A DNA stretch of 59,664 nucleotides, filler included, from 6 parts of 6 records of this genome joined end to end with filler, not necessarily neighbours in it, one strand, 5' to 3'; counted from the whole stretch's first letter, positions 1-10,314 are shown. Translations and numbers: made by a program. The notes: generated from the letters alone by a model not told the origin.

Positions 1-61
1 TTTTTTTGACCTTTTTTCGTATATTCTATAAAAACAAAGGTCTCTTTGAGTCTAAAATTAA

Positions 62-130
62 AAACCCTACCCGGGTATGAAAAAATTAATTGACTATATT
101 TTTCACTTGTAGTATACTCGTGGTAGGTAT
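62..130 (+). promoter_or_regulatory. sigma70 promoter flanked by two CsoR/CstR-type operators
   Basis: TTGACT 90-95, 17-nt spacer, TATACT 113-118. Pseudo-palindromes AAACCCTACCCGGGTAT (62-78) and ATACTCGTGGTAGGTAT (114-130) resemble C/G-tract CsoR-family operators. Confidence 0.7.
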
Positions 131-177
131 ATGGCATTAGAGAGAAATGTGAAAAAATTATAAAACTAGGAGGACTA

Positions 178-1878
178 ATGAGTAGAAAAATTTTAATTGT
201 TGGTGGTGTGGCAGGAGGAGCATCGGCTGCAGCGAGATTACGAAGATTAAGTGAAAGTGACGAGATTATTATGTTTGAGAAGGGGCCGCACGTATCTTTT
301 TCAAATTGTTGTTTACCCTACCACTTAAGTGGAACAATTGCTGAAGCAGATGATTTGGTATTAATGAATCCTGAGAAATTTATTAAACAGTATAATATTC
401 AGGCTAGAGTGAACAACGAAGTTATATCTATAGACAGAAATGCTAAAAAAGTAACGATAAAAAATATTTTAACTGGAGAAGAGTATACTGAAAATTATGA
501 TAAATTGATCCTAAGTCCGGGGGCTAAACCAATTGTGCCTCCAATTAAAGGAATTGAAAAACAGAATATCTACTCTATACGAAATGTAGTTGACATAGAT
601 AAACTAAATAAAGCAGTTAAAAGTTATGACAAACCTAAGATAGCCGTAATAGGTGGGGGGTTCATTGGATTAGAAGCTGCAGAAAACTTAATCGAAGCTG
701 GGCATGAAGTTTCACTAATTGAGGCTCAAAGACAGATATTAGCACAGTTTGATTATGACATGATACAGATTTTACACAAGGAGATAAGCGATTACGGGGT
801 TAACCTAGTTGTAAATGATAAAGTTGTTGAGTTCCAATCAGGTAAAGTGATTTTAGAATCAGGTAATATTGTTGAAGCAGACATTGTAGTACTTGCAATT
901 GGTGTTGCTCCAGAGACTGATTTAGCTAAAAATGCAGATCTTGAGATTGGTGAAACAGGAGCAATAAAAGTCGACCAAAACTATAGAACTAATGATCTAG
1001 ATATTTATGCAGTGGGAGATGCCATAGAGGTTTATAACCCTTTAATGCAGAAAATGATGAAACTACCTTTAGCAGGACCGGCTCAAAAACAAGCAAGGGG
1101 AGTAGCTGATCATATAAATGGAAAACCTATTAATAACAGAGGATTTATTGGATCTTCTGTAGTAAAACTATTTGATTATAATGCAGCATCAACTGGTCTT
1201 ACTGAAGAAATAATTGATAAGATGGGCTTAAGTATCGAATATGATCATGTAAAAATCATTCCGGGAGATAAGGTAGGGATAATGCCAACAGCAACACCTG
1301 CACACTTCAAACTAGTTTTTGAGAAACCAACTGGAAGAGTTATTGGGGCTCAGTGTATAGGAAAAGGAAATATCGATAAAAGAATAGATGTAATAGCAAC
1401 AGCAATAAAGTTTGGAGCAACTGTAGAAGATCTTAGAGATTTTGAATTAACTTATGCACCTCCATTTGGAACTGCAAAAGATATAGTAAATTTTGCTGGA
1501 TATGTTGGCTCAAATATTTTATGCAGTTCATTCAAACAAGTTCATGTAACTGAAGTAAGAGCTTTAGTTGAATCGGGAGCAACTATCATTGATGTTAGAG
1601 AAGTTAAGGAATATAAGCAAAGCCATATTAAAGGTGCTAAAAACATACCGTTAAGTGAATTTAGACAAAGAACTAATGAAATACCAAAAGATAAACCTGT
1701 GTATCTGCACTGTAGAAGTGGTCAAAGAAGTTATAATGCCACACTTATTCTAAATAATTTAGGTTATAGAGAGGCATATAATGTTTCTGGTGGATTTATG
1801 GGAGTATCATTCTTTGAAGCATTTAATGATAAATATTTAAATAGAGAAAAAATAGTTACTGATTATAATTTTAAATAA
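178..1878 (+). CDS. cdr: CoA-disulfide reductase with C-terminal rhodanese domain (CoADR-RHD)
   Basis: GGVAGGASAA FAD motif, SFSNC redox Cys, GGGFIGLE NAD motif, YAPPF, C-terminal rhodanese loop CRSGQRS; SD GGAGG. Confidence 0.92.
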   Translation: MSRKILIVGGVAGGASAAARLRRLSESDEIIMFEKGPHVSFSNCCLPYHLSGTIAEADDLVLMNPEKFIKQYNIQARVNNEVISIDRNAKKVTIKNILTGEEYTENYDKLILSPGAKPIVPPIKGIEKQNIYSIRNVVDIDKLNKAVKSYDKPKIAVIGGGFIGLEAAENLIEAGHEVSLIEAQRQILAQFDYDMIQILHKEISDYGVNLVVNDKVVEFQSGKVILESGNIVEADIVVLAIGVAPETDLAKNADLEIGETGAIKVDQNYRTNDLDIYAVGDAIEVYNPLMQKMMKLPLAGPAQKQARGVADHINGKPINNRGFIGSSVVKLFDYNAASTGLTEEIIDKMGLSIEYDHVKIIPGDKVGIMPTATPAHFKLVFEKPTGRVIGAQCIGKGNIDKRIDVIATAIKFGATVEDLRDFELTYAPPFGTAKDIVNFAGYVGSNILCSSFKQVHVTEVRALVESGATIIDVREVKEYKQSHIKGAKNIPLSEFRQRTNEIPKDKPVYLHCRSGQRSYNATLILNNLGYREAYNVSGGFMGVSFFEAFNDKYLNREKIVTDYNFK

Positions 1879-1892
1879 TCACAAAAGTTATT

Positions 1893-1941
1893 CATCTCAG
1901 AGTGAAGTTTTAAGCTTAAATGATTTATTCACTCTGAGATG
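1893..1941 (+). terminator. 14-bp inverted repeat after cdr
   Basis: CATCTCAGAGTGAA ... TTCACTCTGAGATG; no clear U-tract. Confidence 0.5.
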
Positions 1942-2075
1942 CCAAAAATCACTTGCTAATGCGATTAAGTTTCCATAACTAGTATTTTTGTAAAAGCATT
2001 TGTGAAAATAAAATCAATTTTATTAAGAAGTACATTAAAAAAATAAACTGATTACTTTTATATCAAACTTAGTTT

Positions 2076-2230
2076 AAATCAAAGTCAGTTTAAAGCATAG
2101 TGATTTAAAAAAATAAATAGATTATTTTAAAAATCAAAGTCAGTTAGAAACGTACTGACTTAAAAAAATAAATAAATTATTTTTGAAATCAAAGTCAGTT
2201 TGAAACGTACTGACTTAAAAAAATAAATAG
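2076..2230. repeat. three tandem 55-bp repeats, each with an internal hairpin
   Basis: Units start at 2076, 2131 and 2186: AAATCAAAGTCAGTT(T/A)GAAACGTACTGACTTAAAAAAATAAATA. The first copy is degenerate and the last runs into the SD of yeeE. Confidence 0.9.
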
Positions 2231-2239
2231 GAGGTTTGT

Positions 2240-3498
2240 ATGAATTCAAGTAAAGCAGCAACTAGAAATTTTAGCATGACCGGGAGCATTATGTTGGAAT
2301 TGTACTGGTAGTGCTAACTTTAGTTTTAGGTGGAACTATGTTAAAAAGTTCAATGTTATTCTTTAGATTATTAGTGGGAGTTATGTTAGGTTACGCCCTT
2401 ACAAGAGCATTTATGGGGTTTGCCGGAAGTGTAAACAGAGCTTATAATACAGGTTCTACTAAACTAATGAGAGCATTGATGTTGTTATTTGTAGTAACTG
2501 CAATAATTAACACAGCATTTTTATTCAACGGAGATGCCACAGCGTATAAGTTATGGATAAGACCTATTAACTTTGGAGTTGTGTTAGGAGGTTTGTTCTT
2601 TGGATTTGGAATGAGTTTTGTATCTTGTTGTGCTTCAGGTGTGCTTACTGATTTGGTTACAGGATTACCAAGAGCATTAATAACTCTATTCTTCTTTGGA
2701 ATGGGAGTATTCTTAGGTTTTCCTGTTCAGGCAACAGCACCATGGGTAAAAAAATCATTATTTGCAACAGAAACTTTTAAAAACGGAGTTTTTCTACCTG
2801 ATCTATTTAAAAACGGACCTTTAAATGGTTATCTTGGAGCGATTATTTTAACGATAATATTTGCTATGGTTGGAGTATATCTATCTTACCTTTATGAAAA
2901 TAAAGTCAAAAGAGAAGGGAAATTTATTGGAGTAGATTCTGAGAGAGAACAAGACAGAGTAGATGAAAACCTTAGTTGGTATGAAAAAACTTTTGTAAAA
3001 CCTTGGAGACTGGAAACAGGGGTAGTAGTAATTGCAGGAGTATTTACCCTGTTAATGGGAGTTACAAAATCTGGATGGGGAGCATCAACACCATATGGAT
3101 TTTGGTTTGGTAAACTACTAACAGTATTTGGAGTATCACCAGCTGCCTTGGCAGAGTTTACTCATAAACCCGCTAAAGTATTTACACAGGCATTTTTCAC
3201 TCACCCGATTAATGTTCAAAACTTTGGGATTGTTTTAGGTACAGTTATTGCCTTGGCGCTGGCAGGTATTTTGAAACAGATGTTTACAAGTGAATTAAAG
3301 ATTACAGTTAAGGATGGAGTACTGTTTTCAATTGGCGGATTATTAATTGGACTTGGTACAAGATTTGCAAATGGTTGTAATGTTGGAGCACTATATACTC
3401 CAATAGCTAACTTTTCATTGTCAGGTTGGGTTTTCTTTGTATTTCTGGTACTTGGAGGAATTGCAGGTAACATAGTTAAAAAGAGCTTATATAAATAA
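2240..3498 (+). CDS. YeeE/YedE sulfur-compound (thiosulfate) transporter; 1-nt frameshift near 2278
   Basis: Multi-TM protein with CCASG and GCNVGA motifs. SD GGAGG precedes ATG 2240, which is out of frame with the 2311 ORF by one base. Confidence 0.85.
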
Positions 3499-3525
3499 AG
3501 AACATAAATTATTGAATAACTTACC

Positions 3526-3580
3526 AGCTGATCGAAAACTATTTTAAATTGTAGATAGTTTTCGATCAGCTTCTGATTTT
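3526..3580 (+). terminator. intrinsic terminator
   Basis: 17-bp IR AGCTGATCGAAAACTAT/ATAGTTTTCGATCAGCT followed by a T-rich tail. Confidence 0.7.
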
Positions 3581-3610
3581 ATAATATAAAGTTTAAAGGT
3601 TGTGTAAAAA

Positions 3611-4462
3611 ATGAATTCGGAAAAAATAGTTAATAATAAAATTTCGCGGCAAAATATTAAGTTTCATAAAACAGCTTTTAGAGCTAGCATGAAAAAAAAT
3701 AATATGGAAAAAGCGTTAACAATGATAACTTGGTTTATTATATTAACCACTTGGTACTTTGTAACGAAGTTTGAGCTGTTTTCAAAAACATTAGTTCCAT
3801 CACCACAAAAGGTCTTGCAGACATTTATCTACATATTAGAGAATGGTTATAATAAAATTTCGCTTTGGCAGCATTTAGGCGCCAGTTTTGAGAGATTATT
3901 TTTTGCACTGGGTCTTGCAGCCCTAACAGCTATACCACTTGGTTTATTAAGCGGATACTCAAGCAAGGTAAAAGCTGTTGTTGATTCAGTAGTTGAATTT
4001 TATCGACCTTTACCGCCATTGGCTTACTATACACTACTTATTTTATGGTTTGGAATTGATAATACTTCCAAGATTACATTGCTATATTTAGCTGGATTTG
4101 CACCAATATATATAGCTTGTGTCTCAGCAGTAAAAAAAATCAACAGAGATTACATATTAAGTGCAAAATCACTAGGAGCCAATCAGAGAGACATATTTTT
4201 TAAGATTGTTCTCCCAGCATGTATGCCAGAGATATTTACCGGAATAAGAACAGCTGTAGGGGTTGCGTATACAACACTTGTATCTGCAGAGATGATAGCT
4301 GCTACATCAGGAATAGGGTGGATGGTCTTGGATGCATCAAATTTTTTAAAAAGTGATGTAATTATAGTAGGAATATTGATTATGGGAGTAACAGGAATAT
4401 TGATAGATGCAGTTTTACGTTTTATAGAGAGAAAAATTGTATTTTGGAAAGGTCATGTTTAA
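3611..4462 (+). CDS. tauC: taurine/sulfonate ABC transporter permease (TauC/SsuC-like)
   Basis: RPLPPLAY, EAA-like loop SAKSLGA, AEMIAATSGIG. Confidence 0.85.
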   Translation: MNSEKIVNNKISRQNIKFHKTAFRASMKKNNMEKALTMITWFIILTTWYFVTKFELFSKTLVPSPQKVLQTFIYILENGYNKISLWQHLGASFERLFFALGLAALTAIPLGLLSGYSSKVKAVVDSVVEFYRPLPPLAYYTLLILWFGIDNTSKITLLYLAGFAPIYIACVSAVKKINRDYILSAKSLGANQRDIFFKIVLPACMPEIFTGIRTAVGVAYTTLVSAEMIAATSGIGWMVLDASNFLKSDVIIVGILIMGVTGILIDAVLRFIERKIVFWKGHV

Positions 4463-4501
4463 AAAGAGTGAATATGTAAGTAGAGAATTTGGAGGAGTAT
4501 A

Positions 4502-5542
4502 ATGAAAAAAACTTTTAAAGGATTACAATTATTGCTAATAGGATTAAGCTTAATATTTTTATTTGTATCATGTGGTGGGAATAAAAAAGCTAAGTCAGCA
4601 AAATCTCTGCCAGATGAGATCAACTTTGGTATCTTGAGAGTACCAAATGATGAGACTCTGGCTATAGCACAGGGGTATTTTGATAAATATTTTACCGAGA
4701 AGGGGATTAAGTGTAACTATTTTATATTTGATTCGGGGGTACAGGCAAATAAAGCATTGGTATCAGGAAGTGTTGATTTTGCAACAATGGGAAATACAAA
4801 TGCAATTGTAGCTTTGGCAAAAGAGATAGATGTAGAGATGATATGGATACATGAGGTGCTTGGTGAAATAGAAGCTTTGGCGGTAAAGAACGGCTCGGGA
4901 ATTAATGAAATGATGGATCTGAAAGGAAAGAAAATTGCCACTCCATTTGCGTCCACAGCGCACTATATATTATTCAATGCATTAAAAGAAGAAGGGATAG
5001 AGGATAAAGTAGAACTTTTAGATATGAAAACACCTGAAATAGTAGCTGCATGGGAAAGAGGAGATGTTAGAGCTGCTTATACTTGGCAACCATCACTGGG
5101 AAAACTACTTGAAGATGGTAAAATCCTCATATCAAGTGAAGATATGATAAAGAAGGGTTATATCACTGCAAATGTTGAAGTTGTAAGAAGAAAATTTGCA
5201 GAAAAATACCCGGAATTAGTGAAGGATTTTATCACTGCAATGATTGAAGCAGGTAATATCTATAGAGAAAATCCGATAAATGCAGCTGAGATTATAGCCA
5301 AGGAACTTGAGATTTCACCAGAGGAAGTTTTGAAGCAGACAAAGGGTTCTTTATGGATAACACCTAAGAAACTGATCAGTAGTGATTACTTTGGAACAAG
5401 TGAAAAAACAGGTCATTTTGCTAAAATCATGAAAGATACATCTGATTTTTTAAAAGAACAGGAATCAATAGATAACTCTCCATCCCAAGAGGTTTATAAC
5501 AAATACGTAAACCCTTTGTATATAGAGAGATCAATGAAATAG
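4502..5542 (+). CDS. tauA: taurine/sulfonate ABC substrate-binding lipoprotein (TauA-like)
   Basis: Lipobox FVSC, DLKGKKIATPFASTAHY, AAWERGD. Confidence 0.85.
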   Translation: MKKTFKGLQLLLIGLSLIFLFVSCGGNKKAKSAKSLPDEINFGILRVPNDETLAIAQGYFDKYFTEKGIKCNYFIFDSGVQANKALVSGSVDFATMGNTNAIVALAKEIDVEMIWIHEVLGEIEALAVKNGSGINEMMDLKGKKIATPFASTAHYILFNALKEEGIEDKVELLDMKTPEIVAAWERGDVRAAYTWQPSLGKLLEDGKILISSEDMIKKGYITANVEVVRRKFAEKYPELVKDFITAMIEAGNIYRENPINAAEIIAKELEISPEEVLKQTKGSLWITPKKLISSDYFGTSEKTGHFAKIMKDTSDFLKEQESIDNSPSQEVYNKYVNPLYIERSMK

Positions 5543-5593
5543 TTATGTATAAATTATATGTTTTATAATAGTTTGAAAGGAAAAATAGTAATA

Positions 5594-6387
5594 ATGGATA
5601 AAGTTGAAAACAATGAGCTGTTAATAGATATTGAGAGACTTAAAATTGAATATGGAAAAAAAGAGATACGCTCCTTGCAATAGATAATATTAATCTCCAA
5701 ATTAGAAGAGGCGAGTTTGTGTGTGTACTGGGACCTTCTGGTTGTGGTAAGAGTACACTTCTAAAAGCTATAGCTGGTTATGAAAAACCAAGTGATGGAA
5801 AATGCTCTATGCAGGGTGAAACAATTAATGGACCTGATTGGCATAGAGGAGTTGTTTTTCAAGCACCGACACTTTATCCATGGCTAAATGTTAGAGATAA
5901 CGTTGAGTTTGGACCAAAAAGCAGAAAACTTCCTAAAGCGGAGATTGAAGAGATTGGTTCACACTTTTTGGAACAGGTAAATTTAAGCGGTTTTGAAGAT
6001 AAAGCAACTTTTGAGCTTTCAGGAGGAATGAAACAGCGCGTTGCACTTGCGAGGGTACTTGCAAACTATCCACAAGTTATCCTGATGGATGAACCGTTTG
6101 GTGCACTGGATGCACTGACCAGAACTAATATGCAGGAATTGGTTCGTGATATTTGGAAAAAGAATAACAGCACTATTTTCTTTATTACTCATGATATTGA
6201 TGAAGCTTTGTCCCTTGGAACTAAGGTATTGGTAATGTCAAAGCATCCGGGTACTATTATACGAGAATTTAATGTTGACTTTACTCATTCTATATTTGAG
6301 AAAAATTCTAACCATATGGTTTATAATGAGGAGTATTTTGCTATTAAAAATGAAATTTTGGATCTTATAAATAGTCAAATGGATTAA
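5594..6387 (+). CDS. tauB: taurine/sulfonate ABC ATPase; frameshift in the A-run near 5660
   Basis: GPSGCGKST, LSGGMKQR, ILMDEPFGALD, ITHD; upstream ATG 5594 is offset by a 1-nt deletion. Confidence 0.88.
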
Positions 6388-6405
6388 TAGATGCTTTAGC
6401 TATGT

Positions 6406-6434
6406 TTGACATCATCACGAAAAAACTGTATAAT
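6406..6434 (+). promoter_or_regulatory. consensus sigma70 promoter
   Basis: TTGACA 6406-6411, 17 nt, TATAAT 6429-6434. Confidence 0.8.
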
Positions 6435-6465
6435 CATTTAAAAATAAAGAGTTAGGAGTATACAG

Positions 6466-7068
6466 ATGAAAAGTAAATTTAAAAGAATTCATCCCAGTGA
6501 ATTAGATGAATTTATAGAAAAAACTGATGATTTGGTAATAATAGATGTTCGAACTGAAAATGAGTTTTTATATGAAGGTCGTTTAGAAGGAGCTATGCTT
6601 CTAGATTATGAAAAACCCAGACTTTTTGCGAGAGAGTTAAAGGAACTGGATAAAAATAGACCCTATTTGGTCTATTGTGCAGTAGATCGTTGGAGCCAGT
6701 TAGCTTCTGAAGAGATGATGAAACGAGGATTTACAGAGGTTTATGATCTGATTGGAGGATTAAAACTTTATCAAAGTTTAAATCCTGAATTAGCCTGTCA
6801 GGTAAGTAAATTAAATTCGGCAGAAGTACTTGAGAAGAGAAAAAATATTGTTATCAGATTTAACAAAATAGAGGGTCAAATTCGTGGAGTAAAAAAAATG
6901 CTTCAAGAAGGTGAGTACTGTGGAGATATTTTGAATCAGAGTTTGGCAATAAAAAAAGCTTTAAATAGTGCTAATAAAGAGATTATTGAGATGTTTCATA
7001 ATGTCTGTATGACTAGTGAAAAAGAGAAGCAGGATTTCTTTAAATATATAAAAAAATTAATGGATTAA
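6466..7068 (+). CDS. rhodanese-CsoR/CstR family repressor fusion
   Basis: N-terminal rhodanese (IIDVRTENEF...YCAVDRWS...LIGG); C-terminal RFNKIEGQIRGVKKM..YCGDILNQ..HNVC typical of CsoR/RcnR family. Confidence 0.85.
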   Translation: MKSKFKRIHPSELDEFIEKTDDLVIIDVRTENEFLYEGRLEGAMLLDYEKPRLFARELKELDKNRPYLVYCAVDRWSQLASEEMMKRGFTEVYDLIGGLKLYQSLNPELACQVSKLNSAEVLEKRKNIVIRFNKIEGQIRGVKKMLQEGEYCGDILNQSLAIKKALNSANKEIIEMFHNVCMTSEKEKQDFFKYIKKLMD

Positions 7069-7073
7069 TATAG

Positions 7074-7120
7074 ATAAAGAGGTTAGTTAGAGTAGATTCT
7101 AATTAACCTCTTTATTATTT
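7074..7120 (+). terminator. intrinsic terminator
   Basis: ATAAAGAGGTTAGTTAGA / TCTAATTAACCTCTTTAT plus T-rich tail. Confidence 0.7.
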
Positions 7121-7405
7121 ATAATATTTCACTTTGTAGCCGTAAGCGCTGACAAATAATTTTAAAAAAATATTTTTTCTAACAATTCGACATAAGCGTG
7201 AAATGTATTCAAATGATGGAAGGTTAAATAAAAAAATAGAATTAGAAAATTAACTTGAGAATGTAGATTTATGAAGTTAAAATTAAGTATAGCGTTTTAG
7301 CAAAGAGCAAAATTTAAATAATTATTTGTAATGACAATTACTGGTGCGAGTGTTATAATATTTCATTGGAAGAGATTCAATATAAAATATTAGAACGGAG
7401 AATGT

Positions 7406-7927
7406 ATGTTCATAGAATATGATGGTTTGGTCATTAGAGGAGTAAATCAAAATGACAATGAACTAATAAATAACTGGTGGAATGATAGTGAAATAATAGA
7501 AAATATTAGCTTTTCCAAAGAAATAAACATCCCAAAATCTAAAAATAACAGAACTAATTTTCAAGAAAATGATGAAAGTTATATATTGCTAATGTTAGAA
7601 GTTGATGGAGAAGCTATTGGTCAAATGAACTTTAAAAATCTAGGAAATGATACTGCAGAGTTGGGAATTATTATCTGTATTCAGGAGATGCAGGGTATGG
7701 GATATGGAACAAACTTTTTAAAATTGATAATAGCAGAGCTTTTTTATACACGGCATTTTCAAAAAATTCTACTAGATACAAGTTCAAAAAATCTAAGAGC
7801 ACAACATGTATATGAAAAGATGGGCTTCCGAAAAATTAAAAACAAAAGAACTTCTATGTTCAATCAAAAGCAGGAGAGCTTGTCTATGATTGATTATGAA
7901 TTGGTAGAAGAGGAATTTGTTATATAA
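7406..7927 (+). CDS. GNAT N-acetyltransferase (RimJ/RimL-like)
   Basis: QGMGYGT acetyl-CoA motif, N.RAQHVYEKMGF. Confidence 0.85.
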   Translation: MFIEYDGLVIRGVNQNDNELINNWWNDSEIIENISFSKEINIPKSKNNRTNFQENDESYILLMLEVDGEAIGQMNFKNLGNDTAELGIIICIQEMQGMGYGTNFLKLIIAELFYTRHFQKILLDTSSKNLRAQHVYEKMGFRKIKNKRTSMFNQKQESLSMIDYELVEEEFVI

Positions 7928-7931
7928 TAAT

Positions 7932-7972
7932 AAAGTCGGGGAAATTTTTTAGATTATCTCCACCGACTTTTT
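7932..7972. terminator. bidirectional terminator between convergent genes
   Basis: AAAGTCGG...CCGACTTTTT. Confidence 0.65.
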
Positions 7973-7990
7973 GTTGAATTTTCTTAGCGA

Positions 7991-8869
7991 TTATTTAATT
8001 GGAATATAAATATCTAGTTCCCCATTCTCATCCTCTAATCCCTCAAATTTAGTTCTATCATAAAGCTCAAATGAAAAATCTCCAGCTAATTCATGCTCTG
8101 AGTTAGGGATATATTTTCCATATATATACTCGTATGATTGCTTTAAGTTAGACCCAGTTTTACTAACTATAGCTCCTTTGTGTGTAAATACAAGGTACTT
8201 TGACTCTGGGATCTCCTTTGAGATCATTCCTTTTGGTAAATCATTAGCACTAGTAACCTCTGTACAAGCAAATGCCTTAAATGATTTTTCAAATTCATGT
8301 TCAGTTGCGACTTCAAAGCTAATATTAGGATTAACTTTATTTTTTATCTCTTCATAAGCTTTACAGAATTCTTCCCACATTTTAGGATTCTCAATATGCG
8401 TATTATTATAGGTTACTTTTCTCTCAACTCCAACTAACAGCATAGCTGGTTTATTTATAATTTTAACATCCATTTCTACAACTCCTTTTTTATTTGTTAG
8501 GTTTAGTTCTAGAAAAAAATCATTGCATTTATATAACTGAATCTTTTCATCTATTTTTCTGTACTTGCCTGGTGTTATATCAAAATATCTTTTGAAATTT
8601 CTAGTAAATGTTTCCTGAGAATCAAATCTATATTCAAGAGCGATTTGCAGAATGTTTTTATTTAAATTTTTAAGCTCAATTGCGGCTTCACTTAACCTTC
8701 TTCTTTTGACATATTCAGCGATGGATATACCTAATACCGCTCGAAATATTCGACTAAAATGGAAATACGATACATAACAGTTGTCAGCTATATCTTGTAA
8801 TGAAAAATCAGTTTTTAGATTTTTTTCAATAAAACTAATTGAATCTTGAATGTATTCTTTGTAGTTCAT
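7991..8869 (-). CDS. AraC family regulator with GyrI-like effector domain
   Basis: N-terminal AraC HTH (FHFSRIF, FDSQETFTRNFKRYF.TPGKYR); C-terminal GyrI-like domain (FTHKG, FELYD, DIYIPIK). Confidence 0.9.
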   Translation of the reverse strand: MNYKEYIQDSISFIEKNLKTDFSLQDIADNCYVSYFHFSRIFRAVLGISIAEYVKRRRLSEAAIELKNLNKNILQIALEYRFDSQETFTRNFKRYFDITPGKYRKIDEKIQLYKCNDFFLELNLTNKKGVVEMDVKIINKPAMLLVGVERKVTYNNTHIENPKMWEEFCKAYEEIKNKVNPNISFEVATEHEFEKSFKAFACTEVTSANDLPKGMISKEIPESKYLVFTHKGAIVSKTGSNLKQSYEYIYGKYIPNSEHELAGDFSFELYDRTKFEGLEDENGELDIYIPIK

Positions 8870-9039
8870 TGTTATTCACCCCCGGGTACTACTATTATAC
8901 AATAAGCATGGGCAAAAGTTTTGACTGATACTGCTATGCTTGATTTTTTATTAAAAATTATAAATGAAATAAAATTGATTTATGTTTGAAAAAATCATAA
9001 AATATAAGTAACAATTATATAGTTTTAGGAGGTAAACGT

Positions 9040-9567
9040 ATGAAAAATTGTGTATTTATAGCTACTTCGCTTGATGGATATATAGCTGGAGAGGGTGGAG
9101 ATTTAGACTGGTTAATGAGTATACCAAATCCCGATAACAATGACTATGGTTTTAATGAATTTATGGATAAAGTAGACGGAATAATAATGGGAAGGAAAAC
9201 ATATGAAAAGGTTATATCATTTGGAACATGGCCGTATACCAAGATTGTTTTTATACTTAGCACAACATTAAAGGATATTCCTGAGGGATTTATGGATAAG
9301 GTAGAAATCCTGAACGGGGAAATCCCAGAAATCCTAGATGAACTTAACAAGAGAGGGTATAAAAATTTATATATAGACGGCGGAAAAACCATTCAAAGTT
9401 TCCTTCGATTAAACCTAATCGATGAGATGATTATTACTCAGGTACCTATATTATTAGGAGAGGGCATATCACTTTTTGGGTATTTGGATAAAGTAGTTAA
9501 ATTTAAAGTTGAAAAAACCGAGAAAGTTAGCGAATATTTTATTCAGACACACTATATAAAAGAATAA
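9040..9567 (+). CDS. dihydrofolate reductase / RibD C-terminal family protein
   Basis: IATSLDGYIA, MGRKTYE, IDGG, PILLGEG. Confidence 0.9.
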   Translation: MKNCVFIATSLDGYIAGEGGDLDWLMSIPNPDNNDYGFNEFMDKVDGIIMGRKTYEKVISFGTWPYTKIVFILSTTLKDIPEGFMDKVEILNGEIPEILDELNKRGYKNLYIDGGKTIQSFLRLNLIDEMIITQVPILLGEGISLFGYLDKVVKFKVEKTEKVSEYFIQTHYIKE

Positions 9568-9767
9568 CTATGCTATAATGTAAATAATACGATGAATTTA
9601 TTTTATAAATTTTTTGAGGAATGTTGGTGTTTTTACAGCTAAAAAAGTGACTAAAAACACAAAAAATAAGAAGGAAATTTCTAAAAATGGGCTATAATAT
9701 TATTATAAGGGAAACGATAATAATTAGTCAAAGTTTAATTGAAAATTTGAAAAGGGGGGCAAAATTA

Positions 9768-10142
9768 ATGAAGCTAGAGAAGTTTCTGATTGTCGATGAT
9801 GCACTTTATCAGAGAAAGCATTTACGAAAGATTCTGGAAGATGAAGGCTATATTGTTGTAGGGGAAGCAACAAATGGAGTAGAGGCATTGGAAAAATATA
9901 GGGAATACCTGCCAGATTTCGTTTTTATGGATTTGATAATGCCAGAATGTAATGGGGTAAATGCTGTTAAGGAGATACTTGAATATGACTCCAAAGCAAA
10001 TATAATAATAGTAAGTGCAGTTGAGCAAAAGAATACGATATTTGAAGCTATAGAAGCAGGAGCACTGAACTATTTAAATAAACCATATAAGCCAAGTGAT
10101 CTTTTGGGAGTTATAAATTTAACAGCAGGTTATGTCAAATAA
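9768..10142 (+). CDS. CheY-like single-domain response regulator
   Basis: LIVDD, MDLIMP, KPY; start re-assigned to ATG 9768 after a G-rich SD. Confidence 0.88.
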   Translation: MKLEKFLIVDDALYQRKHLRKILEDEGYIVVGEATNGVEALEKYREYLPDFVFMDLIMPECNGVNAVKEILEYDSKANIIIVSAVEQKNTIFEAIEAGALNYLNKPYKPSDLLGVINLTAGYVK

Positions 10143-10145
10143 AAT

Positions 10146-10175
10146 AAAAATAGCCAAAATATTTTGGCTATTTTT
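10146..10175. terminator. palindromic terminator
   Basis: AAAAATAGCCAAAATATTTTGGCTATTTTT. Confidence 0.7.
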
Positions 10176-10275
10176 NNNNNNNNNNNNNNNNNNNNNNNNN
10201 NNNNNNNNNNNNNNNNNNNTTAATTAATTAANNNNNNNNNNNNNNNNNNNNNNNNNNNNNNNNNNNNNNNNNNNN
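10176..10275. other. artificial contig-joining spacer
   Basis: N run with central TTAATTAATTAA; composition changes across it. Confidence 0.98.
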
Positions 10276-10279
10276 TTTT

Positions 10280-10314
10280 TGAAAAAGCACGGCCCATGAA
10301 GCCGTGCTTTTTCA
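10280..10314. terminator. intrinsic terminator
   Basis: TGAAAAAGCACGGC / GCCGTGCTTTTTCA. Confidence 0.7.

Noticed and set aside
2076-2230. Possible mini-CRISPR array
   Set aside because: Whole units repeat with no unique spacers, and no cas genes are present
8876-8890. CACCCCCGGGTAC resembling a third CsoR operator
   Set aside because: Coincides with the SD of the minus-strand araC gene and lacks the full ATAC-N9-GTAT frame
10176-10275. Recurring TTAATTAATTAA palindrome within N runs (five times)
   Set aside because: Artificial all-frame stop linker. Neighbouring contigs are not biologically linked, so no satellite-helper relation between contigs 3, 4 and 5 can be inferred from adjacency.
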